Part shown: positions 33,699 through 43,559 of the stretch, in pieces
Layout of the letters: every line of letters starts with the position of its first letter
Numbering within the stretch: the stretch's first letter is position 1
Assembly: GCA_963725865.1 (NCBI GenBank)
Contig: CAVSAC010000010.1
Coordinates: 672,001 to 736,000, forward strand
Reading direction: 5' to 3'
Length of the DNA stretch: 64,000 bases
From: Candidatus Eiseniibacteriota bacterium
Lineage (GTDB): Bacteria > Eisenbacteria > RBG-16-71-46
Position numbers and translations under genes: made by a program
The notes under the pieces: generated by a model
Database searches by the model: none
What the model saw: the letters and a program-made list of their open reading frames with translations, nothing else
Told to the model about the DNA's origin: nothing

Positions 33699-36683
33699 CT
33701 ACGCGGCGTTCAGGATGCGCTCCAGCCGGCGGACGTACTGCTCGGTGTGCTCCACTTCGACCGCCGCGCGGGCGAGCAGCGCCGGCATCTCGGAGAGGGC
33801 CTCCTCGCGGCCGGCGCGCTCGATGGTCTCGAAGACGTCCTGGCAGAGCGTGGCGCCGACCGTGGCCGCCATGCCCTTGAGGCCGTGCGCCTCGAACTCC
33901 ACGCGCCGCGCGTCGCGCAGCTTCACCGCGTCGGACAGACGCGCCATCTTGGGCTGCACGTCCGCGAGGAACGTGTGGAGCAGCGCGTCGCGCAGCGACG
34001 GGATGCCCATCGACGATTCCTCGAGGCGGGTGGCGTCGATCGGCGTCGTGGGATCGTGCGCGGCGTGGCCGAGGCCGTCCGACAGCGCGGCGTCCAGCTC
34101 GTCGTGCAGCGTCTGCACGTCGGCCTCGACCAGCGCCTGCGGCTCGGCGGACTTGTGCTCCACCAGGCGCAGCCCCGGCGCGGGTGCCGCGCCCGGCTGC
34201 TCGGGATCGACGAGCGCCGGGCGGGTCAGCCGCTCGACCATCTCGCACATCACGCCGAGGTCGATCGGCTTGGGCAGGAAGTCGTCGACGCCGGCACTCA
34301 GGACACGCTCGCGGTCGCCCGGCATCACCATGCCCGTCATCGCCACGATCGGCGTCCGCACGCCCCCGCGCTCGCGGGCGCGCATCGCGGACACCGCCTT
34401 GAACCCGTCCATGTCCGGCAGGTTCATGTCGAACAGGATGAGGTCGAAGCGCTGCCGCTCGCTGGCCGCGAGACCCTCGGCGGCGGTCGAGCAGACTTCG
34501 ACGCCGTAACCCATGCGGCGCAGCGCCATGTCGGCCACCAGCTGGTTCACCCGGCTGTCCTCGACCACCAGCACGCGCACGCGGCTGCGGCGCGCCTCGG
34601 CGATCGTGTGGCGCGTCACCAGCGGCGGTGCGCCCTCGCCCACCGCGGCGGGCCCGTGCGAGAGCACCGCGATCAGCGCGTCGTACAGCTCCGACCACTG
34701 CACCGGCTTCAGCAGGTAGGCAGAGAAGCCCATCGAGACCGCGCGCGCGGCGTCGCCGCGGTTGCCGACGCTCGTCAGCAGCAGCGTGCGGGTGCCGTCG
34801 AGGCGCTCGTCGCTGTGGATCTGCCAGCCGAGCTTCTCGCCGTCGCCGGTGGTGAGCTGACGCTCGATCAGCGCGAAGCGGTAGGGGTCGCCCTGGTCGG
34901 CGGCCTGGCGCAGCGCCGCGAGCGCCTGATCGGCGCTCTCGAGCGTCTCGGTGCGGCAGCCCCACATGGTGAGCATCTCGGCGAGCGACTCGCGGCTCGC
35001 GCGCGAGATGTCGACCACCAGCGCGCGCTGCCCGCGCAGCACCACGTGGTCGGGCAGCTGGGGCAGCTCGTGGAGCAGCTGCTTGCTGAACGGGACCGTG
35101 AACCAGAAGGTGCTGCCCTGCCCGGGGGTGCTCTCCACGCCCACCTCGCCCCCCATCAACGTGATGAGCTGGCGGGCGATCGAGAGCCCGAGTCCGGTGC
35201 CGCCGAAGCGTCGCGCGATGCTGGGATCGGCCTGCGAGAACGCCTGGAACAGCCGTCCCTGCGCCTCGGTCGGGATGCCGATGCCGGTGTCGACCATCGC
35301 GAAGCGGAGCGACACGCGCTCCTCGTCCTCCTCGACTCGCTCGATGCGGATCGTGACCGAGCCGGCCTCGGTGAACTTGATGGCATTGCTGCCGAGATTG
35401 AGCAGTACCTGGCGCAGTCGCCCGGGATCGCCGTGCAGCCGCGACGGCACCTCGTGGTGCACCTGGGTCTCCAGCTGCAGGGCCTTCTCGTTGGCGAGCG
35501 GCGCCAGCAGCGTGGCGACCTCCTCGATCGTCACCCGCAGATCGAAGTCGATGTGCTCGACTTCGAGCCGGCCGGCCTCGAGGCGCGAGAAGTCGAGTGT
35601 GTCGTTGATCAGCGTCAGCAGCGCCTCGCTCGAGGTGCGGATGACCTCGACCAGACTGCGCTGCTCGGGGTCCAACTCGGTCTCGAGGAGCAGGTGGGTC
35701 ATCACCATCACGCCGTTCATCGGCGTGCGGATCTCGTGGCTCATGGTGGCGAGATGCTCGGACTTGAGCTGCGCCTGCGCCCGCGCTTCGTCGAGCTGGA
35801 CCGCGAGCTCGGGCTGCGCCGCTGGCGCCGCCCCGTTGCCGTTGGTGAGCTGGAACTCCAGCTCCGCGACGCGCGCGTGCAGCGCGAGCAGCTCGGTGTC
35901 GTCACCGACGCGCGCCGCGGCACGCGCGGTCGCGAGCTCCGACGTCAGCTCGCGGACGCGGATCTCCAGCTCCTCCTCGCGCATCGAGGGCCCGCGCGGT
36001 CCGAACGCCGCGCGCGCGGCGGACAGCTGTTCCTCGAGATTCCGCACCTCGCCGCGCAGCACGTCGCGTTCCGACGAGGCGTGGGCCAGCTCGTTCAGCT
36101 GCTCGCGCAGCCGATCGGCCTCGAGGGCGTCGACCGAGGCCTGCTCGAGCGCGCGGCGCAGCGTCTCGGACTCGGCCGCGGCGGACTCGAGGGTGCGGAT
36201 GCGCTCGATCATCGCGGTATCGTCACCCGATAGCGCCAGCGCGGGCTCCGGCGTGCCCTCGGCGATGATCGCCGCACGGGCGCCCTCGGACTCCTGCGGG
36301 TGCCCCACGCCCACGAACGAGAAATCGCCGTCCATGCGCTCGAACCCGCGCACCACGACATGAACGCGCGCCAACCCGCCCGCGGCGGCGTGCACGGTGA
36401 CCATGCGGCTGGTGATCGGCGTGCGGCGATCGCGCTGCTTCAGGAAGTGGCGCACCACGTGCCCGCGCTCGGAGGGCAGGATCAGCCCGCTGACGTGCTG
36501 CCCGAGCAGCTCCGACACGCGCGAGCCGACCAGGTCGGCGAGCGCGGGGTTCAGCCACTGCAGGCGTCCGTCCGCGTCGCACGCGAACAGGTACTCGGGG
36601 GTCGCGTCCAGCATCTCGCGCAACCCGATCGGCGCGAATCCTGACAGTCCCGTGGGACGTGCGGGCATGGAGTGCTCACTCAT
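33699..36683 (-). CDS. Hybrid histidine kinase PAS-coiled coil-HisKA-HATPase-REC-REC-HPt
   Basis: MSHEIRTPMNGV, NAIKFT, DTGIGI, GGTGLGL, FDMNLPDMDG, AHGLKG. Confidence 0.93.
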   Translation of the reverse strand: MSEHSMPARPTGLSGFAPIGLREMLDATPEYLFACDADGRLQWLNPALADLVGSRVSELLGQHVSGLILPSERGHVVRHFLKQRDRRTPITSRMVTVHAAAGGLARVHVVVRGFERMDGDFSFVGVGHPQESEGARAAIIAEGTPEPALALSGDDTAMIERIRTLESAAAESETLRRALEQASVDALEADRLREQLNELAHASSERDVLRGEVRNLEEQLSAARAAFGPRGPSMREEELEIRVRELTSELATARAAARVGDDTELLALHARVAELEFQLTNGNGAAPAAQPELAVQLDEARAQAQLKSEHLATMSHEIRTPMNGVMVMTHLLLETELDPEQRSLVEVIRTSSEALLTLINDTLDFSRLEAGRLEVEHIDFDLRVTIEEVATLLAPLANEKALQLETQVHHEVPSRLHGDPGRLRQVLLNLGSNAIKFTEAGSVTIRIERVEEDEERVSLRFAMVDTGIGIPTEAQGRLFQAFSQADPSIARRFGGTGLGLSIARQLITLMGGEVGVESTPGQGSTFWFTVPFSKQLLHELPQLPDHVVLRGQRALVVDISRASRESLAEMLTMWGCRTETLESADQALAALRQAADQGDPYRFALIERQLTTGDGEKLGWQIHSDERLDGTRTLLLTSVGNRGDAARAVSMGFSAYLLKPVQWSELYDALIAVLSHGPAAVGEGAPPLVTRHTIAEARRSRVRVLVVEDSRVNQLVADMALRRMGYGVEVCSTAAEGLAASERQRFDLILFDMNLPDMDGFKAVSAMRARERGGVRTPIVAMTGMVMPGDRERVLSAGVDDFLPKPIDLGVMCEMVERLTRPALVDPEQPGAAPAPGLRLVEHKSAEPQALVEADVQTLHDELDAALSDGLGHAAHDPTTPIDATRLEESSMGIPSLRDALLHTFLADVQPKMARLSDAVKLRDARRVEFEAHGLKGMAATVGATLCQDVFETIERAGREEALSEMPALLARAAVEVEHTEQYVRRLERILNAA

Positions 36684-36906
36684 GAAATGACCTCGTGAGG
36701 CGACGAGGGACGATGGCGCGCCCGGCATCCGGTCCGGGCGCTTCGAACTCGGTTTCGGCTGCCGCGACTCCGGACTTGAGCGCTCTCTGGGCCACCCGTT
36801 CGGGACTCAAGCGGCCGCCGCCCCGGCACTTGCCCGGCCGCGCCGGTGGCTCGACGCCCCCCGCGAGCGTGCCCCGCCGCGCCGCGCGCGAGCTGCCGAG
36901 CGGCGC

Positions 36907-37149
36907 TCAGGACGCCGCGGCTCGCGCCGCGCTTCGCGCGCCCGGCGCCGCCGGCGCCGGCCAGTCGCTCGCCGGTTCGGCCGTGAGCGGCATCGTCGGC
37001 CGCGGCCCGCCCGCTTCGCCGAGCAGCTCCCCTGCCACCTCGGTGTATCTGGGCGGAAGGTAGCCGGGCAGCGGCAGGGCTGGATGGAAGTGGGCCATCC
37101 CGCGGCGCAGGACGGCGGTCGGGAAGAACTTCAGACGATTCTGCGGCAT
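36907..37149 (-). CDS. Hypothetical small protein (80 aa)
   Basis: High third-position GC in this frame and non-shadow-like N-terminus MPQNRLKFFPTAVLRRGMAHFHP; no clear RBS. Confidence 0.4.
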   Translation of the reverse strand: MPQNRLKFFPTAVLRRGMAHFHPALPLPGYLPPRYTEVAGELLGEAGGPRPTMPLTAEPASDWPAPAAPGARSAARAAAS

Positions 37150-37293
37150 GCGGATGACCCCGGCGGCGAGGGAAGTGGCGGAGCAGCCGGAATCCTCATG
37201 GGCAAACCGCGTGCCGGGCGGGTCCGGGCGGGCCCGCGAGGCCCGGTGGGTCCCGCGTGGGCGCCGGGCGGAGGTCGCCGGGCACCCCGTGCT

Positions 37294-37836
37294 TCAACGC
37301 GTTCGCGACTTGATGCGGTGGAACTCGCGCACGAACGCCTGGGCGTCGCGATCCGAGAACGCCTCCAGCACGTCCTCGTCGTGGACGTCGACATCCTCGA
37401 ACAGCCGGTCGCCATCCTCGTCGATCACCACCAGTCGACCGTCGCGGTAGAAGACGTCCCGGATCGCGCGGATCGGACACTCCGCGCTGTGGTCGAGCAG
37501 CGATCGGACGCCGGAGAGCACCGCGGTCTTGATGATCGAGCCCAGCGGACAGTCCTCGTCCTCGCGCTCCTCGCGCCGCAGCTCGCGTGTCACCCGGCGC
37601 AACTTGCGATCGGAGAGCTGCATGGCGACCACGTTTGAGGTGAGGACGATGGTGATGTCACCGTCCTCGCTGTCCATCGCGAAGCGCGCCTGGTCGGGCG
37701 CGTAGCGTGAGGACCAGCGGATCGGCGGGTCGCAGCTCAAACCGAAGGACTCGTGGTGGCGGTCGGCGCGCGCGGGCGTGGCGAGCGTCAGCGCCAGGAG
37801 CGCAGGTAGGGCGAGTGCGAAGGAGAGGCGTCTCAT
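37294..37836 (-). CDS. Secreted hypothetical protein
   Basis: GGAGA RBS; signal peptide MRRLSFALALPALLALTLATPARA. Confidence 0.75.
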   Translation of the reverse strand: MRRLSFALALPALLALTLATPARADRHHESFGLSCDPPIRWSSRYAPDQARFAMDSEDGDITIVLTSNVVAMQLSDRKLRRVTRELRREEREDEDCPLGSIIKTAVLSGVRSLLDHSAECPIRAIRDVFYRDGRLVVIDEDGDRLFEDVDVHDEDVLEAFSDRDAQAFVREFHRIKSRTR

Positions 37837-38021
37837 GGCGAATCTCCGCGTGGGTTCCCGGGCGACGGGGCAAGGGACACCGCTGCTACGGCGCGCCGGG
37901 GCTCCGGGTTGCGGGAGGCGCAGCTGGCGCTGCGGGGGCCGACCCGGGGGCAAGCCGCGGAACCCGCGCGGGGGTCGGCGACCGGAGGGGCCCGGTCGAG
38001 ACGGTCCGCGGAGCCAATGGA

Positions 38022-38054
38022 AGGGCTCCGGTCCGACAGCGGGACCGGAGCCCT
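38022..38054 (-). terminator. Terminator-like hairpin closing the small transcript
   Basis: 13-bp perfect stem AGGGCTCCGGTCC/GGACCGGAGCCCT with 7-nt loop, followed by TCCATT. Confidence 0.6.
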
Positions 38055-38130
38055 GAGACATTCGGTATCGGCGGCGTTGGGTCACCCCGCGTCGGGGCTC
38101 ATCCGGTGCGCCACTGCGTCCCGAGGTCCC

Positions 38131-38175
38131 CTACGAGGACGCCACCTCCACCGAACGACGACTCTTACTGTCCAA
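38131..38175 (-). CDS. Candidate 14-aa peptide MDSKSRRSVEVASS
   Basis: TTG start 7 nt after GGAGG within an extended Shine-Dalgarno; TAG stop. Confidence 0.4.
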   Translation of the reverse strand: MDSKSRRSVEVASS

Positions 38176-38292
38176 TGGATCACCTCCTTTTCGGGGCCTC
38201 ACTGCCTTGGAGGGACCCATCCCTCCCGATCCCTCGGCCGCCCGAGCCTCCAGGACCGCGTGCGGAGAGCCGCACGAGTGAACTTGCTCGTC

Positions 38293-38321
38293 AGTTTGGG
38301 TGGGGTCCCGCCGGCTGTCAA
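38293..38321 (-). promoter_or_regulatory. Sigma-70-type promoter of the small transcript
   Basis: TTGACA-17 bp-CAAACT. Confidence 0.6.
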
Positions 38322-38537
38322 CCCTCGAGGCACGAACTCGACCGAGTCCGAACACCCGAGCATTCATCCTCGCGTCCGGTCCGCCATCCCGGGCGCCCCG
38401 GCTGGCCCCAACACCGCGGCCACCCTCGAACGAGAGTGGCCGTGGCGATGAGACACGCCCCGTCGCGCGAGCGAAGTCCACGCGGAGCGCGCCGGTCGGC
38501 GTGCGGCGAATCGGCCGCGACGCCGATCGGCGAAACC

Positions 38538-40649
38538 TCACTTCAGTCGGATCAGCCGTTCGGTACGGATCCCCCACGGCGTGCTAAGCCGTACGAAGTA
38601 CAAGCCAGTCTCGGTGGTCCGGCCTTCGGCGTGGCGACCATCCCACGTCCAGGTGTGCGAGCCCGCGGTCGTCCATTCCTCGGCATGCCAGACGCGGCGA
38701 CCCGACAGGTCCAGGATCTCGATCCGCGCGGCGCCCGCCTGCGGCAGCGAGAAGCGCAGCTGCGCGGGTCCGCGGGTCGGATTCGGCATCGGGGCTGCAA
38801 GCGCCAGCCGCGCGGGGCCATCGATCCCCACCGCGAGCGACCCGCTGCCGATCGTGAACGTGCTGTCGCTGGTGGCGCTGGCGGTGTGGAGCGCCGCGTC
38901 GTAGGCGATCACCCGCACCAACGCGCTCTCGGTGGTCGCGCTCGGCAGCGTCCAGGCGAAGGTGCCGGTGTTTGCGAGCCCGCGGGCGACCAGCGTCCAC
39001 GGCCCGGGCGCCCCCGCCGCCGAGTACTCGATGCTCACCGAGTCCACGCCGAGGTTGTCGCTCGCAGTCCAGGTGACGTCGTGCGCGCTGCTCGGCCCCC
39101 ACGTCTCGCCACCGACCGGCGAGGTGAGTTGCACCGTCGGCGGGGTCACGTCGAGGAACGACGCCGCGAGGGTGTGGTAGTCGGCCACTCCGGTGAACGG
39201 ATAGCTGGTCACCGCGCCCACCGAGGCCCCGTCCACGACGACGTCGGTGATCAGGCAGCCGGCGAGCGGCGCGATGGCGAACGTGCGCCCCGCCCCCTGC
39301 GAGACGTTCACGACTCCCGCGGGCGTGACGGTGCCCCCGGGTCCGGCGCTGGCGGTGATGGTCCAGTAGTCGATGGCGAACGTGGCGAGGCTCGAGTCGA
39401 CGGCCACGTTGCCGGCAGCGTCGTGAGCGATCACGCGCACGCGCGCGGCCGGGCTGCCCGGCGCGGGCGCGGTCCAGAAGTACGTGCCGATGTTCCCGAT
39501 CCCGGTCGCGATCGGCGTCCACGTCGCGCCGCCGTCGCCGGTCCACGCGAGGTCGACGCTGCTCACCGCCACGTTGTCGCTCGCGGTCCACGTGATCGCG
39601 TGCGACGAGCCGACCTTCCAGGTCTCGCCGCCGTCCGGCGCGAACAGGTTCGCGAGCGGCGCGATGCCGTCGATCGCGCCCGAGTTCGTGAACGTGTCGG
39701 CGAAGCCGTTCCCGCGCACGGTGTCGACGCCGCCGGCCTCCCAAGTCGCGGAGATCGCGATCTGGCCGTTCGAGACCTTGTCCCAGGTCGGATTCGGGAT
39801 CGCGCCGGCGCCGGTCTCGCACCAATAGGTCTTGACGCCATGGTTGTGGAGGCGATTCACCGCGGCCGCGGTCGGATGACCGTACGAGTTGCCGTTGCCC
39901 TCCGAGAGGATGCTGAGTTTCGGCGTCGTCGCGTTGAGCCAATTGTCGTTGGTCGAGGTGGCGGATCCGTGATGGTGCACCTTGTACACCTCGATCGGCC
40001 CCATCTCGGGGCCCACGATGCTCTCGATGTCGCGGTAGCTGCCGGAATTGGCGCCCCCGAGATCACCCCCGAAGCTCTGGTCGTACTCGCCGTAGCTGAC
40101 CTTGAGCACCATGCTGAGCGTGTTCTCGTCGGTCGTGCTCACGCCCGCGCCGTTGAGGTCGACGCACTTGATGAACACCGGGTGTGCCGACAGCGAATCG
40201 AGCGTGATGACCTGGTTCTTCACCATCGTGCGCCGCTTGTTCCCGAGCGCCGCCACGTAATTGGTGTAGGTGGCCGTCGTGTACGAGCCGCCGCGGTCCC
40301 AGCCGTAGCCGATGGTGATGCCGCCGTTGACGATGTTCGTGAAGTTCCCGATGTGGTCGCTGTGGTAATGGCTCGCGAAGTGGTAGTCGACGTGCGTCAC
40401 GCCGAGCGCCAGGAGCTGGTTGAGCACCGTCACGCCGCTTGCGTTCGAGAGGCCGCCCTGACCTTCATCGATGAGCACCACCTGGCCGAGCGGGCTGATG
40501 ATCAGCGCGCCATCGCCCTGGCCGACATCGAGGTGGATGATCTGGAGTCGGCCATTCGCGGTGACGGCGCCGGCAGGGGCCACGCAGGCGAGGAGAAGGG
40601 CGAGCGTGGCAGCGATGCACGCCGTACCGCAGGGTCGTATCGGGGACAT
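38538..40649 (-). CDS. Secreted ComEC/Rec2-type metallo-beta-lactamase-fold hydrolase with Ig-like repeats and FlgD/T9SS-like C-terminal domain
   Basis: Signal peptide; HLDVGQGD, SHYHSDHIG, KVHHHGS, NSYGHP; two GGETW..ITWTASDN modules; PNP..DLSGRRV..WDG..GLYFVRL tail. Confidence 0.88.
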   Translation of the reverse strand: MSPIRPCGTACIAATLALLLACVAPAGAVTANGRLQIIHLDVGQGDGALIISPLGQVVLIDEGQGGLSNASGVTVLNQLLALGVTHVDYHFASHYHSDHIGNFTNIVNGGITIGYGWDRGGSYTTATYTNYVAALGNKRRTMVKNQVITLDSLSAHPVFIKCVDLNGAGVSTTDENTLSMVLKVSYGEYDQSFGGDLGGANSGSYRDIESIVGPEMGPIEVYKVHHHGSATSTNDNWLNATTPKLSILSEGNGNSYGHPTAAAVNRLHNHGVKTYWCETGAGAIPNPTWDKVSNGQIAISATWEAGGVDTVRGNGFADTFTNSGAIDGIAPLANLFAPDGGETWKVGSSHAITWTASDNVAVSSVDLAWTGDGGATWTPIATGIGNIGTYFWTAPAPGSPAARVRVIAHDAAGNVAVDSSLATFAIDYWTITASAGPGGTVTPAGVVNVSQGAGRTFAIAPLAGCLITDVVVDGASVGAVTSYPFTGVADYHTLAASFLDVTPPTVQLTSPVGGETWGPSSAHDVTWTASDNLGVDSVSIEYSAAGAPGPWTLVARGLANTGTFAWTLPSATTESALVRVIAYDAALHTASATSDSTFTIGSGSLAVGIDGPARLALAAPMPNPTRGPAQLRFSLPQAGAARIEILDLSGRRVWHAEEWTTAGSHTWTWDGRHAEGRTTETGLYFVRLSTPWGIRTERLIRLK

Positions 40650-40929
40650 CAGGTCTCCGCGGCTCCGGAGACGCTTCGGGGGCGTTTTCGGGAGCATTCG
40701 GGGGTGGCGACCGCGCCGGCCATCCTCTTGATGGCCCGGCCCGGGTCCGTATGGTCGCACTGATTGTAGCAAGGAGACCCGCGCGAAGCCCAATCGAAAC
40801 GCGCCCGACCGTGCGCGGAGTGAAGCGTCATCGAACCGCCCGCGGTCCGCGGCCGCCTCATCCACCTGTGCCGCACCGCACTCGGGGCGCGGACCGCACG
40901 CGCCCTGGCCGGCACGACCGCGAGACGGT

Positions 40930-42177
40930 TCAGGCCCCTGGGTCGAGCGCGCGCCCGCGCGTCTCCGGCAGCGCCATCACCGCGAGCAGCACCAGCAGGT
41001 ACGCGAGCACCGCGAAGCCGCCGATCGCGGCGCCCAGCGGCAGCCGCGCGCTCAGCAGCCCCACCAGCGCCGGGAACAGCGCTCCCATGCCGCGGCCGAA
41101 GTTGTACGCGAGGCCCATCCCGGAGCCGCGCACCGGGCCCGGGAAGAGCTCCGCGAAGAACGCTCCCACCCCGCTGAAGTTGCCCGATACGAAGAAGCCG
41201 AGCGGGAAGCCAAGCACCAGCATCAGCGCATCGCCGATCGGCAGCAGCGTGTAGGCGACCGCCACCAGCGCGGCGCCGAGGGCGAAGATCACGAACCCGG
41301 GGCGACGACCGAGGCGGTCCGACACCCACGCCGACGTCAGGTAGCCGGCGAAGGAGCCGGCGATGATCACCACCAGGTAGCCGCTGGTGTCGAGCACCGA
41401 GAGCCCCCGCACGTTCCTGAGGAACGTGGGCAGCCAGATCGTGATCGCGTAGTAGCCACCCTGCATGCCGGTGGTCATCAGACACGCGAGCGCCGTCGTG
41501 CCGAGCAGGCCGGGCGCGAGGACGCGCAGGAACCCGCCGCGCCCACCGCGCGTCGGCCCGGGCCTCGCGCGAGGCGGCTCGGGGACGCGCCGGCGCACGT
41601 AGAGGATGAGCAACGCCGGCAGGATCCCGGACCAGAACAGCGCGCGCCACGCGAGCGCGGGTGGCAGCAACGTGAAGCTCAACGCGTAGAGCACCGCGGC
41701 GGCGCCCCAGCCGAGCGCCCAGCCGCTCTGCACGATGCCCACCGCTCGCCCGCGCCGGGGTGCCGCGATCATCTCGGCGACCAGCGCCGCGCCCACCGCC
41801 CACTCGCCGCCGAAGCCCACGCCCTGCAGGCTGCGCAGCACCAGCAGGTCGCGCGGTCCACGGCTGAAGCCCGCGAGGAACGTGAACAGCGCGAACCAGG
41901 CGATCGTGAGCTGCAGCATGCGCACGCGGCCGACGCGGTCCGAGAGCGCGCCCGCCAGCCAGCCGCCGACCGCCGAGCACACGAGCGTGGTGGTCGCGAT
42001 GATGCCGGCCTGGCCCCGCGTCATGCCCCACTGCACCATCAGGGCCGGGATCGCGAAGGTGTAGATCATGAAGTCGAACGCATCGACCGCCCAGCCGCCG
42101 AACGCGGCGAGCAGCGTGTGGCGTTCGGCGGCGGCGAGTCCTCGCCACTCCTCGAGCATCGGCACCTCGCGCATCAT
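40930..42177 (-). CDS. MFS transporter (sialate/aromatic acid:H+ symporter-like)
   Basis: GWAVDAFDFMIY, GALSDRVGRV, GFGGEWAVG, YNFGRG, LPETRG; alternative start at 42159. Confidence 0.9.
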   Translation of the reverse strand: MMREVPMLEEWRGLAAAERHTLLAAFGGWAVDAFDFMIYTFAIPALMVQWGMTRGQAGIIATTTLVCSAVGGWLAGALSDRVGRVRMLQLTIAWFALFTFLAGFSRGPRDLLVLRSLQGVGFGGEWAVGAALVAEMIAAPRRGRAVGIVQSGWALGWGAAAVLYALSFTLLPPALAWRALFWSGILPALLILYVRRRVPEPPRARPGPTRGGRGGFLRVLAPGLLGTTALACLMTTGMQGGYYAITIWLPTFLRNVRGLSVLDTSGYLVVIIAGSFAGYLTSAWVSDRLGRRPGFVIFALGAALVAVAYTLLPIGDALMLVLGFPLGFFVSGNFSGVGAFFAELFPGPVRGSGMGLAYNFGRGMGALFPALVGLLSARLPLGAAIGGFAVLAYLLVLLAVMALPETRGRALDPGA

Positions 42178-42332
42178 GAGTGTCGCGACCTGCGCACGGC
42201 GCGACGACCGCGCGGACCGCGCGGACCGCGCGCAGTGTAGCGGCGAGGAACGCCGGGCGGGGGCGGAATCGCGGTGTGCGATACTTCGCCGCCCCCGGCG
42301 AGCCGCCCGCCCTCACCCACGGAGGTTGCTGC

Positions 42333-42893
42333 ATGAGTCCCACGACCAAGAGAGCCACCGCGAAGCGGAAGTCGGCCGCCGGCCTGCCTGCCGCCGCGCG
42401 GGCGAAGGCGCCCCCCCGGCCCGCGGCCGCCCGAGGATCCCGCAGCGCGCCCCCGTCGCAGTCCACCTCCCCGAGACCGAAGCCCGACTCCGCGGGCGCC
42501 CCGAGCCCCGAGGCGCTGATCGCCGCGATCGGCGATGCGCGCCGCCGCGCCGACGTGCTGGAGCTTCACCGGCTCATCCGCCGCCTCGCCCCGCGGCTCG
42601 CACCCAGCGTGGGCTCGAACATCATCGGGTACGGTCGCTTCCACTACCGCTACGCATCGGGGCACGAGGGCGACACCTGGGTGCTGGGGCTCTCGAGCCG
42701 CGCGGCGTACATCTCGCTCTACACCTGCGCGGTGGTGGAAGGAAGGTACGTCGCGGAGTCCTTCAAGGCGCGGCTGCCGGGCGCGAACGTCGGCAAAGGC
42801 TGCGTGCGGTTCAAGCGCCTCGCCGACCTCGACCGTCCGGCGCTCGAGGCGCTGATCCGCGAGGCCGCGGCGTGGAAGCCGCCCGGCGCCTGA
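42333..42893 (+). CDS. DUF1801 (YdhG-like) domain protein
   Basis: GGAGG RBS; IIGYGRFHYRYASG, ISLY, GKGCVRFKRL; Ala/Pro/Lys-rich N-terminus. Confidence 0.82.
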   Translation: MSPTTKRATAKRKSAAGLPAAARAKAPPRPAAARGSRSAPPSQSTSPRPKPDSAGAPSPEALIAAIGDARRRADVLELHRLIRRLAPRLAPSVGSNIIGYGRFHYRYASGHEGDTWVLGLSSRAAYISLYTCAVVEGRYVAESFKARLPGANVGKGCVRFKRLADLDRPALEALIREAAAWKPPGA

Positions 42894-42968
42894 ACGCGGC
42901 GGAGTGCGGCATCGGCCGGGTCGCCCGCGCGCGACCCGTGGATGCGAGCGACGGTCCCGGGTCGCCGC

Positions 42969-43373
42969 TCAGGGCACCACGACGAGCGTGCCCTTCATGC
43001 CATGCTTCGCATGCGAGCCGACGTGGCAGAAGAACTCGTACTCGCCCGGCTTCTCGGGCGTGAAGCGCGCGACCTTGCGGCCGCGCAGCATGCCGAGATT
43101 CGCGCTCACCAGGATCCCCGCGTCGGCGGCGTTGCACGTGAGGTTGTGGGGCACCATGAACGCAGCGTTCTTCACCGTGAGCTCGACCGGCACCCCGGCC
43201 TTGACCACGATGCGGTTGGGCTCGAACCAGTAGCTGTGCGCGACCACGCGCACGCGCTGGATGCCCTGGGCGTCCGGTTGGGCCGTGACCTCCTGCACCG
43301 GCCGCTTCAGCCCCGACGAGCAGCCGGCCAGTGCGAGCGCGACTGCGAGCACCACGATGCCGCGAACCTGCAT
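42969..43373 (-). CDS. Cupredoxin-domain lipoprotein
   Basis: Lipobox LAGC; PHNL and YEFFCHVGSHAKHGM type 1 copper ligands. Confidence 0.88.
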   Translation of the reverse strand: MQVRGIVVLAVALALAGCSSGLKRPVQEVTAQPDAQGIQRVRVVAHSYWFEPNRIVVKAGVPVELTVKNAAFMVPHNLTCNAADAGILVSANLGMLRGRKVARFTPEKPGEYEFFCHVGSHAKHGMKGTLVVVP

Positions 43374-43559
43374 GACGAAACCTCCCTGCCCGGGCCGCGC
43401 CCGGATCCTCGAAGCATGCCACTCCACTCACCCGCTCGCGGTCCGGAGCCGGCGTGCGCGACGCCAGCCTAACCGCGAGCAGGCCCGCGTGCCACGGTTT
43501 CGTTGGGGCCGAGCGCCTCGAGCGCCCTTCGCGGGCCCCGCGCTGGATCCCGGACGGCT

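Larger units (their letters stand above)
38015..38286 (-). ncRNA. Candidate structured small RNA / mini-ORF transcript
   Basis: Own promoter upstream, several internal hairpins, AAAAGGAGGTGATCC tract, terminal 13-bp hairpin. Confidence 0.5.

Noticed and set aside
38177..38191. GGATCACCTCCTTT on the plus strand as a 16S rRNA 3' end
   Set aside because: No helix 44/45 sequence (GTAACAAGG etc.) precedes it; it reads better as a minus-strand Shine-Dalgarno
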